Source: Octopus sinensis
Lineage: Eukaryota
Direction of reading: 5' to 3'
Assembly: GCF_006345805.1 (NCBI RefSeq)
Contig: NC_043018.1
Location: forward strand, 12,152,001 to 12,216,000
Length of the DNA stretch: 64,000 nucleotides
Shown here: positions 1 through 8,215 of the stretch, piece by piece
How the letters are laid out: every line of letters begins with the position of its first letter
Position numbering within the stretch: the stretch's first letter is position 1
Position numbers and translations under genes: made by a program
The notes under the pieces: model-generated
The model's input: only the letters and a program-made list of their open reading frames with translations
Databases searched by the model: none
What the model was told of the DNA's origin: nothing

Positions 1-379
1 TATGTGGAAAACATATAAAAAAAGGGGGAGAAAAATGCCTTCATTTTGAATGGTTTTAATATCTTTTTATAAAAGAAGTAAATATATATATATGTTATGG
101 ATGGTAAAAGTCTCATAAATTTAGTGATATCTAACCGGTTTCGTTATTTAAATTAGCTTTTCAAGGGACATTGTGAAGTAATAACTCCATGAGGCAAGGA
201 ATCCTGCCATTTTGGATTTCTTGAGAAATAAAAATGGAGAGAGTGGATAAAGGGAGGGAACAGGTGGCAAGGAGGATAATTGCCTGCTCAGCATTATCCC
301 ACCCCACTCTATATAGACTAGCTCATTCAGATTCCCCTACCTCATATTTTAATACCTTGCCAAAATACTGAAATAAACA

Positions 380-1525
380 CTGAATATGTGCAGAAAACAG
401 CTTCCAGGGGGACGAAAATGTGCAGAAAACGTCACATTCCAATGGGGAAAAACTACAAGGAGATGATAGCTTCCATTACCTAGGTGACCAAGTCAGTAGC
501 AGGGGTGGATGCTCTGAGAGTGTAGTTGCTAGAATAAGAATAGCCTGGCCTAAGTTCAGAGAGCTTCTGCTGGTGAGAAAAGGCCTCTCGCTCAGAGTTA
601 AAGGTAGAGTGTATGTTGCATATGTATGAACAGCCATGCTACATGGGCTGTGACTGGTGAGGACATGCGTAAGCTTGCAAGGAATGAAGTTATTATGCTC
701 TGTTGGATGTGTAATGTCAGTGTGCATACACAACAGAGTGTAAGTATCCTGAGAGAAAAGTTGGACTTAAGAAGCATCAGATGTGGTGTGCAAGAGAGAA
801 GACTGTGCTGGTATGATCATGTGTTGTGTATGGATCAGGACAGGTGTGTGACAAACTGTCACACCTGGGCAGTAGAGGGAACCAGTGGAAGAGGTAGACC
901 CAAGAAGACCTGAGATGAGATGGTGAAGTACGACTTTTGAACGATGGGCCTCACCGAGGCGATGACAAGTGACCGTGACCTTTGGAGATATGCTGTGCTT
1001 GAGAAGACCTAGCAAGCCAAGTGAGACCGTAACCATGGCCTATGCCAGTGCATTTAAGAGTACCCTTCAATCATTGAGGAATAAACTTCACTTGCGAAGA
1101 CCTGTTGAGGCAAGTGAAATCATTGTTGTGGCTGATTGGCATCTGTGCTGGTGGCACATAAAATGCACCATTCAAGCGTGGTCGATGCCAGTGCCATCTG
1201 ACTGGTCCCATGCCGGTGGTACATTAACAGCACCATTCGTGTGTGGCCATTGCCAGTGCTGCCTGACTGGCTCCTGTGCTGGTGGCATGTAAAAAGCATC
1301 ATTCAAGCATGGTTGATGCCAGTACTGCCTGACTGGCCCTCATGCTGGTGGTATGTAAAAAGTACCCACTATACTGAGTGGTTGGCGTTAGGAAGGGCAT
1401 CCAGTGGTAGGAATTTTGCCAGATTGGATTGGAGCCAGGTACAGCCTTTTGGCTTGCCAGCTCTCAGTCAAACTGTCCAACCCATGCCAGCATGGAAAGC
1501 AGATGTTGATGATGATGATATATAT
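380..1525 (+). mobile_element. 5'-truncated RTE-clade LINE: decayed ORF end plus long modular 3' UTR ending in (GAT)n
   Basis: Frameshifted RIAWPKFRELL, WMCNVSVH, RRLCWYDHV, VEGTSGRGRPKKT; continues into GTGCCGGTGGCAC modules and the tail GGTTGGCGTTAGGAAGGGCATCC...CCAACCCATGCCAGCATGGAAAG...GATGATGAT. Confidence 0.88.
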
Positions 1526-1614
1526 ATATTCATATCAAACATTAAAAATAACAAAACAACAAGGACATACAGACAGAATGTATTAACTTGATGCTCAGTA
1601 AAGGTGAAATACAC

Positions 1615-1862
1615 ATCATCATCATCGTTTAGCGTCCGCTTTCCATGCTGGCATGGGTTGGACGGTTCAATTGGGGTCTGAGAAGCCAGAAGGCTGCACC
1701 AGGCTCCAGTCTGATCTGGCAATGTTTCTATGGCTGGATGCCCTTCCTAATGCCAACCACTCCGTGAGTGTAGTGGGTGCTTTTTATGTGCCACCTGCAC
1801 AGGTGCCAGACGAGGCTGGCAAACAGCCACGATCGGATGGTGCTTTTTACATGCCACCGGCT
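1615..1862 (-). mobile_element. RTE 3'-UTR-only copy, inverted relative to 380-1525
   Basis: (CAT)n then reverse complement of the conserved tail and one module. Confidence 0.88.
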
Positions 1863-1875
1863 CACACATATGCAT

Positions 1876-2270
1876 AGGAGTGGCTGTGTGATAAGTAGCT
1901 TGCTTACCAACCACATGGTTCCGGGTTCAGTCCCACTGCATGGCACCTTGGACATGTGTCTTCTAATATAGCCTCGGGCCAACCAAAGCCTTGTGAGTGG
2001 ATTTGGTAGACGGAAACTGAAAGAAGCCCATCGTATATATGTATATATATATGTGTGTGTGTGTATGTTTGTGTGTCTGTGTTTGTCCCCCCAACATCGC
2101 TTGACAACCGATGCTGGTGTGTTTATGTCCCCGTAACTTAGCGGTTCGGCAAAAAAGACCGATAGAATAAGTACTAGGCTTATAAAGAATAAGTCGTGGG
2201 GTCGATTTGCTCGACTAAAGGTGGTGCTCCAGCATAGCCACAGTCAATTGACTGGAACAAGTAAAAGAAT
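1876..2270 (+). mobile_element. tRNA-derived SINE family B (internal (TA/TG)n, tail ...GACTGAAACAAGTAAAAGA)
   Basis: A/B-box-like head (GGAGTGGCTGTGTGGTAAG...GGTTCAGTCCC). Other copies at about 8725-9045(-), 23420-23665(+), 28827-29276(+), 41445-41823(-), 58810-59115(-); fragments at 15915-15990, 50785-50875, 62985-63050. Confidence 0.88.
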
Positions 2271-2843
2271 ATATAAGAAGTAATTAGATTCAGTTGAATT
2301 AGGTAGTGAAGTTGAAGCACCAAGTCAATCCGTATTATTTGCACACCTCAAAGTAAGGTGGATAAAATCAAAATACGTAATGACTGCATTGTTCAATTAA
2401 ATGGAGTTGCTTGCAACAGTTGTACTGCATTACTACTTGAAATCTTGTTATTTTGATTTTATATAAATATGCCAGTATTTACTTACATATATAGACATAT
2501 ATTCCTATTGCACACTTACAAACTTACATACGTATGTTTCAGTTTGCATCTACCAAATCTAGACCCTATATTAACAGATCCAAAAAATGTTCAGTGTGTT
2601 CTCTTGGAAAACTGTACTTCTCAAAATATTCCAACCTAGAATTAGTTATTATATATATATATACTAGCATTATGACCCGTCGTTGCCAGGTCATAGTGCT
2701 AGTGCATGTATATATGTGTATATATATATATGTGTACATATTACATGTACATCTATATATATATACATCTACACATAAAATACAAAACACAAAGTTATAT
2801 CTTGATATTGCTAGTGATAACAATACTCAAAATATATAACAGA

Positions 2844-3129
2844 CTGGAATTGTTAGCCCGTCTCTTGCAATTTCGATCAATTGTATCTTGTCCTCCCTCT
2901 TGTATAGAAGTGTGACTACAATCCAGCCTACCTCAACTTCTGGTGGGTGGGGACATTTTAAATTTTTATCCGGCACGTTCTGCATCCCAGATATAAAGGT
3001 AAAAATAAAATATGAAACTACATGGACCCTAAGTAAGGCATGTGTAAAATTTGAATGAAATTGGTTGTGTAGTTCTCAACTTTTAGGGAAACACACAGAC
3101 AGACACACATTCTCAGTTTTATATATAGA
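2844..3129 (-). mobile_element. Non-autonomous Helitron-like element
   Basis: On the minus strand begins A|TC-TATATATAAAACTGAGAATGTGTGTCTGTCTG, like the elements at 34047 and 61626; degenerate CGGG...CCAG|T end. Confidence 0.5.
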
Positions 3130-3198
3130 TATATATCGTCTGTAAACATAAATCCCCAAAAAGAAACACACTCTAAGTTATAGAGCAGTATATGTTAT

Positions 3199-3495
3199 GG
3201 AGGCACATGGCCTAGTGGTTAGAGCAGCGGACTCGCAGTCGAGGGATCGCGGGTTCGAATCTCAGACCGGGCAATGTGTGTGTTTATGAGTGAAACACCT
3301 AAGCTCCACGCAGCTCCAGCAGAAGGTAATGGCAAACTTCTGCTGATTCTTTCGCCACAACTTTCTCACTCTTTCCTCCTGCATTTAGCAGCTCACCTGT
3401 GACGGATCAGCATCCTGTTCAGGTGGGGAACCTATACACCAAGAAAACTGGGAAACCGGCCCTTATGAGCCAGGCATAGCTCAAGAAGGAACAAA
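3199..3495 (+). mobile_element. tRNA(Arg)-like-headed SINE
   Basis: Head GGCACATGGCCTAGTGGTTAGAGCAGCGGACTCGCAGTCGAGGGATCGCGGGTTCGAATC with A and B boxes, no proper acceptor stem, followed by a non-tRNA body. Confidence 0.75.
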
Positions 3496-3526
3496 CATAT
3501 ATTAAATTTAGATAAGGCTGGTTTAT

Positions 3527-3587
3527 GGGATTCCCTTAGGTTTCATGTCCATAAAAGGTCTAACTTTATGGCATATCATCAGATCCC
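3527..3587 (-). ncRNA. Type I hammerhead ribozyme motif (U16.1 mutated to G)
   Basis: GGGAT-CTGATGA-T-ATGCCATAAAG...CTTTTATGGACAT-GAAA-CC-TAA-GG-GA-ATCCC: helix I 5 bp, long helix II, short helix III. Confidence 0.85.
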
Positions 3588-4147
3588 AAAATCTGTTGGT
3601 TAAAGGCCTCTCTTGAATATGGAGGTTGAAAGGACCCTGTTATTCAATGTCAACAAAGGGGATTGTCTCTCCTTAGCTATCTATCACCGATGTCAACAAA
3701 GGGGATTATATCTCTTTGGCTATCGATCACTGGTGATTCTGTTATTCCATTGGTTACAATAGGCTACCAGGAATTTCCTGAAGAGTAAGCACAGTCCAAA
3801 GACCTCCATTCTGAAGTTCAGGATGTTTCCTGGGTCGAGGGAATCCTCTAGGGTCCTCGCCTATTCCATTATGCATAATTTATAGCAACTGATCCTGTTA
3901 ATTTAGGGGCCTGGATTTTCTCCATGATATTGTGCATGGAATTCTATCATCTATCAGCTGCCATATATGGTTGGCTAATGATGTGACGAATTCCCCTTCT
4001 GGTATCCTGAAGGAAGATCTCTGGTTGGAAAGGCATTGTTTGAACGAGTTCCTGGAACAACCGATGTATTGCCGGGGTCGAGTGTTGGCAGTGGTGTGCA
4101 TGTTGGTATTGGCCACTCACTAGAGAGGCCTTTAGCCAACAGGTTTT

Positions 4148-4207
4148 GGGATCTGATGAAATGTCATAAAGCTAACCCCTTTCTGGACATGAAACCTAAG
4201 GTAACCC
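4148..4207 (+). ncRNA. Type I hammerhead ribozyme motif (intact core, GUA cleavage triplet 4201-4203, helix I shortened by a downstream deletion)
   Basis: GGGAT-CTGATGA(4153-4159)-A-ATGTC...GACAT-GAAA(4191-4194)-CC-TAA-GG-T-A-ACCC. Confidence 0.87.
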
Positions 4208-4224
4208 TTGTCTAACTTTAATAT

Positions 4225-4565
4225 ACATATATGTGTACATCGTGTGTGCGTGTGTGTGTGTGCGGGTATGAATAAATGTACATGTGCATGGTTACATATA
4301 TATGTGGGTATATATGCATGTTCCATGCGAGTGTGAGTGAGCATATGCATTATAGCATCTGCTTATTTTAGATGCATATTTGAATATAATTGTGTGCATA
4401 TGGGTATGTGCACATGTATGGTTGCATATATATATGTGCATATATAGGCGTATGTGTGAGTGTGCATGTATGTTTCGTGTGAGTGTGAGTGAGCATATGC
4501 ATATAGGCACATGTACGTGGGTGTGTGTGCATGCATGTGCATGCATGTACCTGCGCACATACGCA
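4225..4565. repeat. Cryptic alternating purine-pyrimidine (TG/TA/CA) low-complexity tract
   Basis: Near-continuous RY alternation; internal duplication of GTGTGAGTGAGCATATGCAT. Confidence 0.8.
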
Positions 4566-4914
4566 ATTTCCAAGAGCATTTTTACTTTTTTACTTTCTCC
4601 CCTTCAGTTTTTCCGCTTATTTATTTCCGGTCATTCTAATAATAGCTCTTTTGTTTTAATATCGGTCAATTACATAGTCATTTCCCTTTATTCAACGGTC
4701 ATTTTCATAGCATCTTTTGATTGCCTTGATAACTGACAAAATGCTGGAGCAGATTTCTGCCCCGATATCTGAAACTCTGAGTTTTATTTTGGCAACCAAA
4801 TAATTGTGACATATTATATCACAGATAAATTCCTCTATTTACATAATATCGAGATCTCATTCATTCTTTTGTTGTCTTACCATTATTATTAATATATATG
4901 TGTGTGTGTGTGTA

Positions 4915-5015
4915 TCATCATCATCGTTTAACGTCCGTTTTCCATGCTAGCATGGGTTGGACGGTTCGACCAGGGTCTGAGAAGCCAGGAGGCTGCACCA
5001 GGCACCAGTCTGATG
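4915..5015 (-). mobile_element. RTE 3'-tail fragment followed by (TA)n(TG)n
   Basis: CATCATCATCGTTTAACGTCCGTTTTCCATGCTAGCATGGGTTGGACGG. Confidence 0.85.
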
Positions 5016-5047
5016 TATGTATATATATAAATATATATATATATATT

Positions 5048-5080
<33 letters not shown>

Positions 5081-5335
5081 ATATGAGTGCGTATTTTTAC
5101 TGACTCATTGCCATGACATCAGGCAGTAGTTGTAAGCAAGTGTCACTGTTATGGAAGAGGTGTTCTTTGTTTTTTCAATCTTCCACATAATCGTGTTTGG
5201 CCATGGTGAAATATTACCTTCCTTGGAAAGAACTAAGGTTTGGCAATGGGAAGGACATCTGGCTATATGAAAACTGTCTGATCCAAGTGAGCACACAAAA
5301 CTGGATGTTTCATATATACATACATTATATTTCGT

Positions 5336-5637
5336 GGACAATGGCCCAGTGGTTAGGACAGCGGACTCGCGATCAAAGGATAGTGGTTTCGATTCCCAGA
5401 CCGGGCGTTGTGAATGTTTATTGAGCGAAAAACACCTAAATCTTCATGAGGCTCCAGTAGGGGTGGGTGAGTGGGTGATCCCTGCTGTACTCTTTCACCG
5501 CAACTTTCTCTCATTCTTTCTTCTGTTGGCCTGCTCACTTAGCCAGCAGGGTGGCGTCATTGAAGGGTAGAACAATGTGAAGCACATTGTGACCAGCGAT
5601 GTGTAACAACATCTGACGGCCTGGTCGGTCACGTGAT
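5336..5637 (+). mobile_element. tRNA(Arg)-like-headed SINE with an RTE-derived 3' tail
   Basis: Head related to 3199-3270; tail 5579-5625 is 38/47 identical to LINE 3' end 7120-7166. Confidence 0.78.
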
Positions 5638-5789
5638 TACCTGGACAATATTTCCAACCAAGACATTACAACTATACTTGTTCATGTGCTTCAGTTGTGT
5701 GTGTGTGCATACATGAGTATGCTAGAAGTTAATATGACATGAAAAATGTACATCTATTTTTTATAGAGAAAGTAGGGTGTGTGTTAGGG

Positions 5790-6440
5790 TGGGTGGTGAA
5801 GTGAGTGGTTTGATGTGAAGGTGGGGTTAAGACAGAGTTGGGTGATGTCTCATTGGCTGTTTAATTTATATATGGATGGTGTAAATGCTAGAACCCTTGG
5901 TAGGGGAGTCCAAATGGTGGGAGAAAATGGAGGGAAATGGCAGATGAGTCAGTTGTTGTTTGCTGATGATACAGTACTGGTGGGGGATTCAGAAGAGCAA
6001 CTGAGGAGACTGGTGGTAGAGCCTGGAAAAGTGTGTGAGAGGAGGGAACTGGAACTGAATGTAGCTAAGAGTAAGGGGATGAGATGTTGGAGAGATGGAA
6101 TGGCTGGTAGGATGGATGTGAGTATAAATGGTGAGATGCTAGAGGAGGTGAGTGTTTTTAAGTATCTGGGATGGTGGGGTTAGCTGAGGAAGTGGGATAT
6201 CGAGGGAGGTAGGTGAGTATGATACTTGGAGTTGTGAAAGGTAAGCTGAGAGATAAAAGACTGAGTATGAAAGTGAAAAGAAGTGTGTATGAGGGCATGA
6301 TTGTGCCGACAATGTGATATGGTGCAGAGACATGGGGGCTGAGAGAGGTGGAAAGGAGGCAACTGGATGTGTTTGAGATGAGATGTTTGAGGGCTATGGT
6401 TGGTGGGACATGGATGGACAGGATGAAGATGAGCAGGAAT
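5790..6440 (+). mobile_element. Decayed RTE-clade LINE reverse-transcriptase fragment
   Basis: VKVGLRQSWVMSHWLFNLYMD, SQLLFADDTVLV, LNVAKSK, FKYLG, then YGAETW and LDVFEMRCLR. Confidence 0.9.
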
Positions 6441-6539
6441 GAGAGAAAAACTTTATTGAGGTAAATGTCTGTCTGCCTGCATGAGCACCAATGGTGAGCA
6501 ACTAACACACGTCTTACTTGCAGATGAGACTGGACTCAT

Positions 6540-7175
6540 CGTTGAAAGCGGAGGCCAGCTGCAGACCATAATGACAGCTGGACATTCAGAGCTCAGCAAC
6601 AGGCCTTAAAGTGAAATGTTTGAAAATAAAATGTATGTTGGAAGATGTAGCACAAAGCCGAATAGAGGTGGGAAGCAATGAAATCGAGGTGGTAAAGGAG
6701 TATGCCTCCTTAGGGCACACAGTGAATATGGATGCTGAGGTTTCAAAGTGAATAAGAGCAGGCAGAGAGACATTTACCTCAATAAAGGATGTGCTATGCT
6801 GCAAAGAGGATAGAACATCGATTGGCTACAACGCAAAGGGCAATGAAAAGATCCATACTTGGAATATTGTGAGAGCATATTCGAAATATAGTAAAATTCG
6901 AGAATGGTGCGGAGTGAACGATGTTATCGCAGAATACTGAAATCACAAGTTTCACTGGGCCTAATGTTGCAAGGCTCACAGACAACAGGTGAAGTTCTGC
7001 AGTTGCCAAGTGGCAACCAAGGAATTGGAAAAGGCCATTAGGAAGGCAATAGGAAAATTATTTAGTTAAGCGATTTCGATCAAGAAGGGGAAAAAAATGA
7101 TGCAATCAAGGCAGAATTGGAAGTGCATTGTGACCAGCGGTGTACAATAGTATCTGATGGCCTGGTTGATACTGT
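6540..7175 (+). mobile_element. Heavily decayed RTE LINE 3' end of a second family
   Basis: Remnants of EVVKEYASLGH, SLGLMLQGSQTT (decayed WAGHVARL-DNR region) and WQPRNWKRPLGR. Confidence 0.65.
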
Positions 7176-7644
7176 TATGAATCTGTAAACTTAGATTCAC
7201 TATTTTTTCTATTTCCGATGCAAACCTGACATTTAAAACTCGCCACTTCCTTGATTCTCTCATTGTTCCACGTTTTTGCCTCACTAGATCTGTAATTAAA
7301 GGCATTCCAGTCATGACCATCCAGTATTTTCGATTTCTCAGACGTGATTCGTCTGATACATTATCTAGTGTGTCCTGTTTTTATTCTGTAGAGGACGAAT
7401 TGGCTCACTTGTTCGTTTCCTGTTGTTTGGCCAATGCATTGTCCTGTGTGCCCTTAATTTAAGACGGATGGGAGGAGGGTGTGGTTCCGAGGGGAAATCT
7501 GGTTGCTAATCCAGAGTAGGTTGAAGAACCATTTAGCGGTTCCATCATTGGATTTACCTTGTTTCCAATGAAATATGTGGTTTGTACGAGCACTCATAAT
7601 TGGAGGTAAAAAAAAACAGGTCATTTAAGACAAGCCGCAAATGA

Positions 7645-8035
7645 AATGAAAGGAAAAATAGGAGAGAGAGAGAGAGAGAGAGGGAGGGAGGAAGAGAGAG
7701 AGGGGAGAGAGGAAGAACGAGGTAGGAAGAGAGAGAGAGGAAGAAAGAGGGAGGAAGGGAGAGAGGAAGAAAGAGGGAGGAAGAGAGAGAGAGGAAGAAA
7801 GAGGGAGGGAGAGAGGAAGAAAGAGGGAGGAAGAGAGAGAGGGAGGAAGAGATAGAGAGAGGAAGAAAGAGGGAGGAAGAGAGAGAGAGAGAGAGAAAGA
7901 ATGAGGGAGGGAGGAAGACAGAGGGAGAGAGAAAGAGCGAGGGAGGAAGAGAGAGAGAGAGAGAGAGAAGAATGAGGGAGGGAGGAAGACAGAGGGAGAG
8001 AGAAAGAGCGAGGGAGGAAGAGAGAGAGAGAGAAA
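7645..8035. repeat. About 390-bp polypurine (GA/GGA/GAA) tract with higher-order duplications
   Basis: Recurring GAGAGAGGAAGAAAGAGGGAGGAA units and a longer duplicated block near 7880-8030. Confidence 0.95.
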
Positions 8036-8049
8036 CACTTATCAATAAC

Positions 8050-8137
8050 AACAATAAGCGTCGTTATCGCCGTCCCACACTGCTCCTCCGCACTGAATAG
8101 CTCGCCTATTTCTCATTGGCTATTATTTATACGCGAC
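8050..8137 (+). promoter_or_regulatory. Putative NARFL core promoter / 5' UTR
   Basis: CpG-retaining patch directly upstream of the ATG with an inverted CCAAT box (ATTGG 8115-8119), next to a long GA tract. Confidence 0.4.
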
Positions 8138-8215
8138 ATGGCGGCTGGCGTAGGAAATCACTTTAGCGGAGCTGTTCTCCTCACCAACCTAGACGACTTT
8201 ATCACACCTTCACAG
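8138..8215 (+). CDS. NARFL: NARFL coding exon 1 ([26 protein letters not shown])
   Basis: ATG at 8138 in a CpG-rich patch; donor CAG|gtaga; phase 0. Confidence 0.93.

Larger units (their letters stand above)
3497..4225 (-). mobile_element. 5'-truncated Penelope-like element: GIY-YIG endonuclease remnant flanked by inverted pseudo-LTRs
   Basis: Minus-strand YIGCSRNSFKQCLSNQRSSFR...TSLANHIWQLIDDRIPCTISW (3898-4116), then LDPGNILNFRMEVFGLCLLFRKFLV in another frame; inverted repeats about 3497-3615 and 4120-4225, each carrying a hammerhead. Confidence 0.85.

Noticed and set aside
3199-3270. tRNA gene candidates at SINE heads (also 5336, 1876, 28827, 44243)
   Set aside because: A/B boxes present but no complete cloverleaf or Pol III terminator; each continues into a repeat body
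7554-8054. Ser/Leu-rich and Arg/Glu-rich ORFs
   Set aside because: Translations of the GA microsatellite tract
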